Origin: Rhizobium sp. Q54
GTDB taxonomy: Bacteria > Bacteroidota > Bacteroidia > Flavobacteriales > Flavobacteriaceae
DNA length: 64,000 nt
Assembly: GCA_943328505.2 (NCBI GenBank)
Contig: CALQAH020000006.1
Location: 255-64,254, forward strand
Reading direction: 5' to 3'
Part shown: piece after piece, positions 1 through 8,639 of the stretch
Numbering within the stretch: the stretch's first letter is position 1
Layout: each line of letters begins with the position of its first letter
Program-made: the position numbers and the translations under genes
Notes under the pieces: generated by a model
Database searches by the model: none
What the model was told of the DNA's origin: nothing
What the model saw: the letters and a program-made list of their open reading frames with translations, nothing else

Positions 1-444
1 TACATCACAGCACGAACCAATATGGCAGGTGTACAATACATCAAAGAGTTGTTTCCCAATAAAATTGTCAAAGAATTTGATTTGGTAAAATCCAAAATCG
101 AAGCGCGCGATAATGCATTACATTTGGATTGCTGTTTTCAACCCATAGGAACCAATAAAGGAATCATTTACAAAAGTGGTTTCCGTGAAGAAGCGGATTA
201 TATGTTTTTGGTACAACTTTTTGGAAAAGAAAATCTCTTTCATATAACTCGTGACGAAATGTATGAAATGAATTCCAATGTATTTTCAATAGCGCCAGAT
301 GTAGTGGTTTCTGAAAAAAACTTTACTCGATTGAACAACTGGATGCGGGAACAAGGATTTACCGTTGAAGAAATACCTTATGCGGAAATAGCCAAACAAG
401 AAGGATTATTACGATGCTCTACTTTGCCATTAATTAGAGATTAA
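1..444 (+). CDS. Amidinotransferase/DDAH-superfamily (arginine-deiminase-like) protein, C-terminal part; 5' end outside window
   Basis: Frame is open from nt 1 with no stop before the listed Met at 22. LHLDCCFQPIG and a near-C-terminal Cys in GLLRCSTLPL are typical of guanidino-group-modifying enzymes. A second superfamily member lies downstream on the same strand. Confidence 0.65.
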   Translation, partial: YITARTNMAGVQYIKELFPNKIVKEFDLVKSKIEARDNALHLDCCFQPIGTNKGIIYKSGFREEADYMFLVQLFGKENLFHITRDEMYEMNSNVFSIAPDVVVSEKNFTRLNNWMREQGFTVEEIPYAEIAKQEGLLRCSTLPLIRD

Positions 445-446
445 TT

Positions 447-459
447 TCTGTTGTCGGTT
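447..459. repeat. Left arm of inverted repeat flanking the four-helix-bundle gene (TCTGTTGTCGGTT)
   Basis: The reverse complement of 885-897 is TCTGTTCTCGGTT, a 12/13 match. Confidence 0.6.
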
Positions 460-496
460 AAAAAGTATGTAAAACGAAAAATTTATTTAAATCGAG

Positions 497-865
497 ATGA
501 ATAGTTACCATGACTTAGATATTTACAAAATTAGTTTATCTTTATTTTACCGAGTGCATCCAGCTTCATTACTATTGCCAAAGTATGAACTTTATGAGTT
601 AGAAAGTCAATTAAGAAGATCCTCTGATTCAGTTACAACCAATATCGTTGAAGGTTATGGCAGAAAAAGATATAAAGCAGATTTTATTCGGTTTTTAGTT
701 TTTAGCCATTCAAGTTGTCTTGAAACAAAAAATCACTTAGATAAAATAGACAATTTGTATAAAGGAACTATTCCTAATAATGATGAATTAATATAGCAAT
801 ATGATGTTTTAGGAGCCAAGATATTCACTTTTATAAAATATGTGGAAGAGAATTGGAAAACATAA
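497..865 (+). pseudogene. Four-helix-bundle protein (23S rRNA intervening-sequence protein family) interrupted by an in-frame TAG at 794-796
   Basis: The 99-aa ORF shows family features (DLxIYK start, [26 protein letters not shown] core). Reading through TAG 794-796 in the same frame gives 22 more codons (QYDVLGAKIFTFIKYVEENWKT) to TAA 863-865. That restores the usual ~120-aa length with the last helix. Confidence 0.6.
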
Positions 866-884
866 TATTTAACAGAAAACTGAC

Positions 885-897
885 AACCGAGAACAGA
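885..897. repeat. Right arm of inverted repeat flanking the four-helix-bundle gene (AACCGAGAACAGA)
   Basis: Pairs with 447-459. The local sequence also repeats AACAGA and AACCGA directly (871-904). Confidence 0.6.
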
Positions 898-910
898 TAA
901 CCGAAAAAAA

Positions 911-1846
911 ATGAAACAAACTACCAATTCCATTCTAATGATTCGCCCTGTGGCCTTCAGAATGAACGAACAAACAGCCGTAAATAATTACTATCAAAAA
1001 GTTCTTGACGGATTATCTCCAGAAACTGTAAACGCCAAAGCTCAAGCCGAATTTGATGCTTTTGTTACCAAACTACGAGCCGTTGGTGTTGATGTTACTG
1101 TCGTTGAAGATACTCTAAATCCTGACACACCTGACAGTATCTTCCCAAACAATTGGATTTCTTTTCACGGCAATGGAGATGTGGCTTTGTATCCCATGTT
1201 TGCTGAAAATAGAAGACCAGAAAGAAGAGAAGATATTTTGGATGTTTTAGAGGACAAAGGTTTTATTATCAATGAAATCATGGATTACACTTCGGCTGAA
1301 GAAGATGGTTATTATTTGGAAGGAACTGGAAGTTTACTTCTCGACAGAGAAAACGACAAAGCCTATTGCGCACTTTCACCAAGAGCTGACGAAGAATTGA
1401 TGATTGAATTTTGTGAAGATTTTGAATTTACACCCGTAATTTTCGAAGCTTTTCAAACTGTCAATGGCGAACGAAAATTGATTTACCACACCAATGTCAT
1501 GATGTGTTTGGGAGAAACCTATGCTGTAATTTGTGCCGATTGTATCGATGACAAAAAGGAACGTAAAATGGTTTTGGACAGCCTTAAAGGCGATGAAAAA
1601 GAAGTTGTTTTAATCACAGAAGATCAAGTTAATAATTTTGCAGGCAACATGCTTGAAGTAAAAGGCTCCAACGAAAGACGCTATTTGGTCATGAGTGATT
1701 CAGCCTATAAATCATTGACTAAAAAGCAAATTGCACAATTAGAAGAACATGTAACTATTCTTCATTCAAGCCTTGATACAATTGAAGCTTGTGGAGGTGG
1801 AAGTGCAAGATGTATGATGGCTGAAATCTTTTTACCAAAAGAGTAA
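911..1846 (+). CDS. ctlX: Arginine-deiminase-related / citrulline utilization hydrolase CtlX-like protein
   Basis: 311 aa. N-terminal ILMIRPVAFRMNEQTA and C-terminal nucleophile context GGGSARCMMAEIF fit the amidinotransferase-fold CtlX-type family. Confidence 0.6.
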   Translation: MKQTTNSILMIRPVAFRMNEQTAVNNYYQKVLDGLSPETVNAKAQAEFDAFVTKLRAVGVDVTVVEDTLNPDTPDSIFPNNWISFHGNGDVALYPMFAENRRPERREDILDVLEDKGFIINEIMDYTSAEEDGYYLEGTGSLLLDRENDKAYCALSPRADEELMIEFCEDFEFTPVIFEAFQTVNGERKLIYHTNVMMCLGETYAVICADCIDDKKERKMVLDSLKGDEKEVVLITEDQVNNFAGNMLEVKGSNERRYLVMSDSAYKSLTKKQIAQLEEHVTILHSSLDTIEACGGGSARCMMAEIFLPKE

Positions 1847-1866
1847 TCCCATCTAAATAAAAAATA

Positions 1867-1904
1867 AAAAGCCAAATTTCGTTAGTAAGAGATTTGGCTT
1901 TTTT
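1867..1904. terminator. Bidirectional rho-independent terminator (ctlX / marC convergent pair)
   Basis: A 10-bp stem GCCAAATTTC/GAGATTTGGC (one G-U pair) with an 8-nt loop, an A-run upstream and a T-run downstream. Confidence 0.75.
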
Positions 1905-1922
1905 GATTGGTAATTAATTTAA

Positions 1923-2546
1923 TTATGTTCCTCTTATGATACTCAAAATCGAACTAATAATATATTGAATTCCAATGGCAATGGTCAAAAATCCAATAAT
2001 TCTTGAAATAGCGACAATACCTGATGTTCCTAGAATTCTAGCTAAATAATGTGCGCTTCTAAGAATTATAAAAATTAGGAATGCAACCACTAGAATTGCC
2101 ATACAAGAATAAATAATATCCAAAGTAGTATTATGTTCTTGATAATACGCAATTAAAAGTGAAATAGAACCCGGCCCAGCAAGCATGGGCATTGCTAAGG
2201 GTGTCAATGCAATATCATTACGACTCTGAATTTCTTCTTCAACTTTTTTATTGATTCCTTTATTTTTGTTAAACCTTCCATTTAATAATGAAAAACCAGA
2301 ACTTGCAATGATAATTCCACCCGCAATTCTTAGAGCCGGTATCGTTATTCCAAAAAATTTCAAAACATATTGCCCAATAAAAAAGGAAATTATCAGTATA
2401 ATAAAAACGTTTATAGCTGTCCAAAGTGAAACTCTAGAACGCTCTACTTTGGTATAATCTTGAGTTAATCCAACAAATATGGGAACTGTGCCTATTGGAT
2501 TCAAAACCGAAAATAAAGCTGCTAGTAAAAAGATAAATACTTCCAT
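1923..2546 (-). CDS. marC: MarC family (UPF0056) integral membrane protein
   Basis: Family-typical start MEVFIFLLAALFSVLNPIGTVPIF and six hydrophobic segments. I use the internal ATG at 2546 because a TAnnTTTG box (2559-2566, minus) lies inside the longer listed ORF. Confidence 0.75.
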   Translation of the reverse strand: MEVFIFLLAALFSVLNPIGTVPIFVGLTQDYTKVERSRVSLWTAINVFIILIISFFIGQYVLKFFGITIPALRIAGGIIIASSGFSLLNGRFNKNKGINKKVEEEIQSRNDIALTPLAMPMLAGPGSISLLIAYYQEHNTTLDIIYSCMAILVVAFLIFIILRSAHYLARILGTSGIVAISRIIGFLTIAIGIQYIISSILSIIRGT

Positions 2547-2558
2547 AGTTTTTTTTTG

Positions 2559-2566
2559 CAAAATTA
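2559..2566 (-). promoter_or_regulatory. Bacteroidota -7 box TAATTTTG upstream of marC
   Basis: Matches TAnnTTTG, 12 nt before ATG 2546. Confidence 0.45.
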
Positions 2567-2641
2567 GACCGAATGATACAAACAAAGTTAAAATTAAAAA
2601 CAACCTAATGTTAATTACTTCAAAAAAACAATCAAATAGTT

Positions 2642-2649
2642 TACTTTTG
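2642..2649 (+). promoter_or_regulatory. -7 box TACTTTTG upstream of the CoA-binding protein gene
   Basis: Matches TAnnTTTG, 37 nt before the ATG. Confidence 0.45.
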
Positions 2650-2686
2650 TCACACGAGACCTTTAGGTCGAATTGTATAAAGATAT

Positions 2687-3052
2687 ATGAAAAATAAGAA
2701 AACATTAGTGCTTGGTGCCTCACTAAAACCAGAACGGTACGCTTTTAAAGCCATAACTATGCTTGTTGAAAAAGGACATTCAGTAATTGCCATAGGTCCA
2801 AATACTGGGGATGTTGCTGGTATAAAAATTAGAACCAAAAACATTCCACTTTCCAATATTAATACGGTTACTTTATATATCAATGCGGCTCGTCAAAAAG
2901 ACTATTACAATTATATTATTGAAACCAAACCAAAGCGCGTAATCTTTAATCCTGGCACCGAAAATCCAGAGTTATATCAATTGTTAGAATTGAATAAAAT
3001 TAAAGTTGAAGTGGCTTGTACTTTGGTTTTGTTAGCTACCAATCAGTATTAA
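2687..3052 (+). CDS. CoA-binding domain protein
   Basis: 121 aa. KTLVLGASLKPERYAF Rossmann-like start is typical of small CoA_binding_2 proteins. Confidence 0.65.
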   Translation: MKNKKTLVLGASLKPERYAFKAITMLVEKGHSVIAIGPNTGDVAGIKIRTKNIPLSNINTVTLYINAARQKDYYNYIIETKPKRVIFNPGTENPELYQLLELNKIKVEVACTLVLLATNQY

Positions 3053-4545
3053 TACCTTGTATTTTCTGAAGTAGATTTACTGATTAATAATAACCCAACA
3101 AACGTAATACAACTGTTAACGATTATTAATTCGTTGTCGATTATATAATCTCCCAAAAACAAACTTGAATATTTGGTAATTAAGAAGCAAATGGCTGGCG
3201 AAATAACACAAATCAAAGGAACCAACTTATCATGTACCGTTTTTGATTTCATAAATAATCCAAAAGCATACAACCCTAAAAGTGGCCCATACGTATAACT
3301 CGCCACTCTAAAAATCATCTTGACTACGGAAGCATCATTGATAGCATTAAACACAATAATCACCAAAAACATCAGTAATGAAAATGCAACGTGAACAAAA
3401 TGACGGGTTCTAACTATGTTAGGTTTATTTTGATTTTCGGCTTTATCCATACCTAAAAAATCCACACAAAAAGAGGTTGTTAATGCGGTCAATGCGGAAT
3501 CAGTTGTGGCAAATGTTGCTGCAGTCAATCCTAATAAAAATACAACAGCTGGAAAAATCCCCAACGATTTCAATGCAATTTCAGGAAATAAGAAATCAGT
3601 ACGAGCAACACCATCAACCATAGGAATTTGAATGCCATTTTTTTGAGCAAACATATAAAGTAAAGCTCCTACACTTAGAAAAAATATATTAATTACGACA
3701 AAGATTCCAGTAAACGTAAACATGTTTTTTTGAGCTTCACCAATAGTTGCACAGCTTAAATTTTTCTGCATCAAATCTTGATCAAGCCCAACCATTGCAA
3801 TCGTAACAAAAATTCCTCCCAGAATTTGTTTCCAAAAATAATTTCCTTTTAAGAAATCTTCAAAGAAGAAAATTTTGGAATAATTACTTTCTTTCACCGC
3901 TTCAAATGCTTGAAAAGCTGAAAAATTTAAACTAGAACAAATAAAGTAAATGGTTAAAAAAACAGAAGAAACAAGAAAGAATGTTTGTAAAGTATCGGTG
4001 ATAATAATAGTTTTCAATCCACCTCGATAGGTGTAAGCAAAAATTAACCCGAGTGAAATTAAAACTGTTAAGGCAAAAGGCACATCAAAGGCATCAAATA
4101 CATATCGTTGCAAAACAATAACAACCAAATACAAACGAAAAGCCGAGCCAATAGTTCTACTAATCAAGAAAATTGTTGCGGCAGTTTTATAACTAACAAC
4201 ACCCAATCGTTGTTCGATATAACTATAAATCGAAGTCAAATTCATGCGATAATACAACGGAAGCAACACTATGGCAATAATTAAAAAACCGATAGCATTT
4301 CCAAGTACAAATTGAAAATATTTAAACTGTAAATCAGGATTACCAACTTCACCAGGAACCGATATAAAAGTTACTCCAGATAATGCCGTTCCTATCATAC
4401 CAAAGGCAACCAAATACCATTTTGAGTTTTTATTGGCTTTAAAAAAAGTATCGTTATCCGAACTTTTTTTGCTTACGATATTTGAAATCAGGATTAATAA
4501 ACCAAAATATACAATGATTAAAATAAGAATAGTAGTTGGAGTCAT
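3049..4545 (-). CDS. Sodium:solute symporter (SSS) family transporter
   Basis: 498 aa with about 13 hydrophobic helices and SSS-like organisation. Confidence 0.7.
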   Translation of the reverse strand: MTPTTILILIIVYFGLLILISNIVSKKSSDNDTFFKANKNSKWYLVAFGMIGTALSGVTFISVPGEVGNPDLQFKYFQFVLGNAIGFLIIAIVLLPLYYRMNLTSIYSYIEQRLGVVSYKTAATIFLISRTIGSAFRLYLVVIVLQRYVFDAFDVPFALTVLISLGLIFAYTYRGGLKTIIITDTLQTFFLVSSVFLTIYFICSSLNFSAFQAFEAVKESNYSKIFFFEDFLKGNYFWKQILGGIFVTIAMVGLDQDLMQKNLSCATIGEAQKNMFTFTGIFVVINIFFLSVGALLYMFAQKNGIQIPMVDGVARTDFLFPEIALKSLGIFPAVVFLLGLTAATFATTDSALTALTTSFCVDFLGMDKAENQNKPNIVRTRHFVHVAFSLLMFLVIIVFNAINDASVVKMIFRVASYTYGPLLGLYAFGLFMKSKTVHDKLVPLICVISPAICFLITKYSSLFLGDYIIDNELIIVNSCITFVGLLLISKSTSENTRY

Positions 4546-4674
4546 TAGCTAAGTTTTACAGTGAGCCAAAATACAAAAATTAATGATTTAATTTGGAAAT
4601 TTTAAAATTTGAAAATGCCAAGGTCGTGTATTCAAGTTTTACTTTAAAAATAATTCATTCATTTTCAAATTAAC

Positions 4675-4682
4675 TACTTTTG
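4675..4682 (+). promoter_or_regulatory. -7 box TACTTTTG 4 nt before the recR ATG (leaderless-type spacing)
   Basis: Matches TAnnTTTG. The G is at 4682 and the ATG at 4687. Confidence 0.45.
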
Positions 4683-4686
4683 CCAA

Positions 4687-5307
4687 ATGGAATTTTCATC
4701 AAAATTACTAGAAAAAGCCGTCAACGAAATGGCTCAATTACCCGGAATTGGGAAGCGAACTGCTTTGCGATTGGTTTTGCATTTATTAAAACAGCCTATT
4801 GAACAAACCCAATATTTATCTCAAGCATTGACGATGATGCGGGAAGAAATCAAGTTTTGTAAATCTTGCCACAACATTTCAGATGTTGCTATTTGCGAAA
4901 TTTGTGCAAACACTGCGAGAAATCATTCAATAATTTGTGTGGTTGAAGATATTCGTGACGTAATGGCTATTGAAAACACAGGGCAATTTAAAGGTATTTA
5001 TCACATACTTGGAGGGAAAATTTCACCAATAGACGGAGTTGGTCCGAGTCAATTGAATATTATTACTTTAACAGAGAAGATTAAATTGGGTACAGTTGAG
5101 GAAATTATTTTTGCGTTAAGCTCAACAATGGAAGGTGATACAACAAATTTTTACATCTATAAACAAATTAAAGATTTTGAAATTAAAACATCAACCATAG
5201 CCCGAGGAATATCAGTTGGAGATGAATTAGAATATGCCGATGAAGTTACGCTGGGACGAAGTATTTTAAATAGGATTCCCTTCGAAAATTCATTAAAAAA
5301 TAGCTAG
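4687..5307 (+). CDS. recR: Recombination protein RecR
   Basis: [12 protein letters not shown] helix-hairpin-helix, CxxC..CxxC zinc finger ([16 protein letters not shown]) and a Toprim region. Confidence 0.95.
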   Translation: MEFSSKLLEKAVNEMAQLPGIGKRTALRLVLHLLKQPIEQTQYLSQALTMMREEIKFCKSCHNISDVAICEICANTARNHSIICVVEDIRDVMAIENTGQFKGIYHILGGKISPIDGVGPSQLNIITLTEKIKLGTVEEIIFALSSTMEGDTTNFYIYKQIKDFEIKTSTIARGISVGDELEYADEVTLGRSILNRIPFENSLKNS

Positions 5308-5350
5308 TAAAATAAAAGAAACTTCGTTTTTGTAATTGGAATTGAAAAAC

Positions 5351-5358
5351 TATCTTTG
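5351..5358 (+). promoter_or_regulatory. -7 box TATCTTTG upstream of wza (locus promoter candidate)
   Basis: Matches TAnnTTTG, 20 nt before the ATG. Confidence 0.5.
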
Positions 5359-5378
5359 CTTGCTAAAATTTTTAAAAA

Positions 5379-6161
5379 ATGAATAAATCGATTCTTTACA
5401 TTTTAACCCTAATAGGATTGGTTTTAACATCTTGTGTTCCAACTAAAGATATGATATATCTTCAGAAAAATAGTTCTCAAGAAAACCAAGTAGTTACTCC
5501 TTCCCCGCAAAAGCCATATCATTTACAAACAAATGACAATCTAAATATTAACATTAAATCAATTGATACAAAATTAGTTGAAGCTTTCAATTATAATAAT
5601 CAAAATGAATTGTCAAATACAATAGAAGGAAATTATTTTAATGGTTTTTCAATTGATGACCATGGGAATATTCGCTTACCAATTTTAGGAGAAATAAATG
5701 TACTTGGATATACTATTGAAGAAGTAAGCAAAAAAATTGAAAAACAATTACTAGAGGAATATTTTAAAACTGAAGCCGGAATATTTGTAAATGTTAAGTT
5801 AGCCGGCTTTAGGTATACAATAAATGGTGAAGTAGTAAATACCGGTACAAAAACATTATTTCAAGATCGTGTCAATATAATGGAAGCGATAGCTAATGCA
5901 GGTGACATAACCGTTGTTGGTGACAGAAAAGATGTTAAAATATTTAGAAGTTATCCTCAAGGTACTGAAACTTTAAGTATAAATTTAACGGATATCAGCG
6001 CTATTAATTCACCAGCTTATTATTTACAACCCAATGATTATATCTATGTTAAACCATTAAAACAGAAGTCATGGGGAACTGGAAAAACTGGTATTGAATC
6101 ATTGTCTACAATAATTACAATCTTAACATTAGCAACAACTACATTTTTATTACTAAAATAA
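5379..6161 (+). CDS. wza: Polysaccharide export outer-membrane lipoprotein (Wza-like, Poly_export + SLBB)
   Basis: Lipobox LTSC, PYHLQTNDNLNINI Poly_export motif and INGEVVNTG SLBB-type motif. First gene of the polysaccharide locus. Confidence 0.85.
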   Translation: MNKSILYILTLIGLVLTSCVPTKDMIYLQKNSSQENQVVTPSPQKPYHLQTNDNLNINIKSIDTKLVEAFNYNNQNELSNTIEGNYFNGFSIDDHGNIRLPILGEINVLGYTIEEVSKKIEKQLLEEYFKTEAGIFVNVKLAGFRYTINGEVVNTGTKTLFQDRVNIMEAIANAGDITVVGDRKDVKIFRSYPQGTETLSINLTDISAINSPAYYLQPNDYIYVKPLKQKSWGTGKTGIESLSTIITILTLATTTFLLLK

Positions 6162-6176
6162 TATACGAAAATTTAA

Positions 6177-8639
6177 ATGATAGACGTAAAAGATTTTTCC
6201 TTTTTTGAAAACCAAAATAATTTTGATTTTAAAGGCTTTTTAATCAAAACAGCCAGTTATTGGAAATGGTTTGTGATTGGTTTAATTATCGCTTTTTCAA
6301 TTGCACATCAAGTCAACATTAGAAAGCAAAAAATATATGGAATTGAAACAACTATTGCCATACAAGAAGAGAACAATCAGCTTTTTTCTTCAAGTACTAG
6401 CTTAATTTTTAATTGGGGCGGAACATCCGATAAAGTTCAAACCATTTCAACTACATTAAAATCAAGATCTCACAATGAGTTAGTAGTAAAAAAACTTCAA
6501 TTTTATATTGATTATCTAAAACAATCCGATTATTATTTAAAAGATGTATATGGTCAAATTCCTTTCTCTGTAAAAATTGACGAAAGTAAGAATCAAATTT
6601 ATGAGCAGTTTTTAAAGGTAAAAATGCTTTCAAATTCCACGTATCAAATAACAATACCTTTCGATAGTAAAGCTGTAGATGTTATTAAATATAAAGATAA
6701 TTCACGGGGTAATATTCCTGTTTTGAACTCAGAATTTAAAGAAATCTATCGTGTTGGTGAGAAAGTTTCTTTGCCATTTTTAAATTGGAAATTAGAGCTT
6801 ACTAAAAACCCATCAAGTTATATTGGACAAGAAATTTTAATACGATTTAATTCTTTTGACAAGACTGTCATTAATTGTCAAGGTCTTAAAGTTCAAATTG
6901 ACGAAAAAGCAGCTTCCATTTTAAAATTGGCAATGGAAGGAACAAATAAGAATCGAATGGTTGATTTTTTAAATGCAACCGTTGAAGTATTAATTGAAAA
7001 ACAATTAGAAAGTAAAAATAAATTTGCAGAAAATACCATTGCTTTTATTGATAAAACTTTGGTTTCAATGGAAGACCAATTAAGAGATTCTGGTAATGAA
7101 TTAAAAGATTTCAGTCAAGAAAATAATGTTTCAGAAATTGAGCAAAAAGGAGTAAACTTTAACGCTATCCTTTTAGATCTTGATGTAAAAAAGGATGAAG
7201 TAGAAAGAAAAATTGCCTATTTAAATTCTTTGAAAAATTACCTTAGTAATAGTGTTGATTTTTCAAAATTACCAGCACCAACTGTTGCAGGAATTGAGGA
7301 AATAAATATTACTGCTAATGTTTCTAAAATAATTGATTTGTCAATTAGACGTTCTGAATTAAAAAATAGAGTAAAAGGAAATCTGCATTATGAAATTATT
7401 GATAATGAAATTCAATCAGTAAAAAAAGTGTTATTAGAAAATGCTAATTCTCTTCGTACAGCGCTGCAATATGATTTGAATAAAGTAAATAGTAAACTTT
7501 CAAAAATTGAAAATGACATTAAAACTTTACCCGAAAAAAATCAACTTTTTTCTAAAATTTTAAGAAAGTATAATTTAAGCGATAACATATACAATACCTT
7601 TCTTCAAAAAAGAAGTGAAGCTTCTATTGTTAAAGCATCTAATCTTTCAGACATACAATTTATAGATCCTGCTAAAGATGTTGGAAGAGGTTTGTTAGGT
7701 CCGAAAACTAGCGTAAATTATGTACTCGCCTTTTTCTTAGGTATCATAATACCTTTAATTGTTGTCTTTTTAATATTTTTTATATCAAATTCAATTCAAA
7801 ATATTGAAGATATCTCTAGTTTAACGCAACTTCCATTGATAGGAATTGTAGGTGTAAAACATACCGATTCTAATTTATCCGTATTTGAAAGACCGAAATC
7901 AGCCTTGTCAGAATCGTTTAGAGCTATTCGATCATCACTCCAATTTTTATATAAAAAACAAAATTTAGAAGGAACAAAAACTTTGATGTTAACATCATCT
8001 GTCAGTGGAGAAGGTAAAACTTTCTGTGCAATAAATATTGCAACTGTTTTTGCAATCAGCGAAAAGAAGACAATCATATTAGGATTTGATTTAAGAAAAC
8101 CAAAGATATTTGATGATTTTAAGATTGAAAATGATGTTGGAGCCGTCAACTATTTAATTGGGCAAAAAACGCTTGACGAAGTAATTCAACCTACTCATAT
8201 TCCATTTCTAGATGTAATAACATCTGGTCCAATTCCACCAAATCCTTCTGAATTAATTCTTGGAGATACTATGATAGAATTGATGAAGGAGTTAAAAAGT
8301 AGGTATGATTATATAATCCTAGATACACCTCCTGTTGGGCTAGTTTCTGATGCGCTTGAGTTGGCTCAATTTTGTGACATAACTTTATATATTGTTCGTC
8401 AAAATTTTACCAAAAAGGAAATGATTACTCTATTAAACAATAGAACAAAAAGAGGCGAACTTTCCAATATTAGTATTTTATTTAATGGCTACGAAAACAA
8501 AGCAAAATATGGTGCTGGGTATGGATATGGCTACGGATATGGATATGGATACGGGTATTCAAAAGGGTATCATGAAGATGATGAACCAAAAGGTTTCTTC
8601 AATAAACTCCATTACAGATTTATAAGAAAAGGCAAATAA
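6177..8639 (+). CDS. wzc: Polysaccharide co-polymerase / tyrosine autokinase (Wzc-like)
   Basis: Two-TM Wzz/GNVR-type N-terminal region with coiled coil. C-terminal P-loop kinase (SVSGEGKT, ILDTPPVG) and a terminal Tyr cluster GYGYGYGYGYGYGY. Confidence 0.9.
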   Translation: MIDVKDFSFFENQNNFDFKGFLIKTASYWKWFVIGLIIAFSIAHQVNIRKQKIYGIETTIAIQEENNQLFSSSTSLIFNWGGTSDKVQTISTTLKSRSHNELVVKKLQFYIDYLKQSDYYLKDVYGQIPFSVKIDESKNQIYEQFLKVKMLSNSTYQITIPFDSKAVDVIKYKDNSRGNIPVLNSEFKEIYRVGEKVSLPFLNWKLELTKNPSSYIGQEILIRFNSFDKTVINCQGLKVQIDEKAASILKLAMEGTNKNRMVDFLNATVEVLIEKQLESKNKFAENTIAFIDKTLVSMEDQLRDSGNELKDFSQENNVSEIEQKGVNFNAILLDLDVKKDEVERKIAYLNSLKNYLSNSVDFSKLPAPTVAGIEEINITANVSKIIDLSIRRSELKNRVKGNLHYEIIDNEIQSVKKVLLENANSLRTALQYDLNKVNSKLSKIENDIKTLPEKNQLFSKILRKYNLSDNIYNTFLQKRSEASIVKASNLSDIQFIDPAKDVGRGLLGPKTSVNYVLAFFLGIIIPLIVVFLIFFISNSIQNIEDISSLTQLPLIGIVGVKHTDSNLSVFERPKSALSESFRAIRSSLQFLYKKQNLEGTKTLMLTSSVSGEGKTFCAINIATVFAISEKKTIILGFDLRKPKIFDDFKIENDVGAVNYLIGQKTLDEVIQPTHIPFLDVITSGPIPPNPSELILGDTMIELMKELKSRYDYIILDTPPVGLVSDALELAQFCDITLYIVRQNFTKKEMITLLNNRTKRGELSNISILFNGYENKAKYGAGYGYGYGYGYGYGYSKGYHEDDEPKGFFNKLHYRFIRKGK
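8511..8570 (+). repeat. Imperfect GGNTAY hexanucleotide array encoding the Wzc tyrosine cluster
   Basis: ggtgctgggtatggatatggctacggatatggatatggatacgggtat encodes GAGYGYGYGYGYGYGY. Confidence 0.8.

Noticed and set aside
733-933. 66-aa minus-strand ORF spanning the tail of the four-helix-bundle gene and the ctlX start
   Set aside because: It overlaps two better-supported plus-strand features and crosses the inverted-repeat arm.
2547-2723. 59-codon N-terminal extension of the marC ORF
   Set aside because: The family-typical start is at 2546. A -7 box lies within the extension, and the extension overlaps the divergent CoA-binding gene start. Similar listed extensions were trimmed for the same kind of reason at 17188, 24097, 29441, 38359, 44264, 44721 and 48550.
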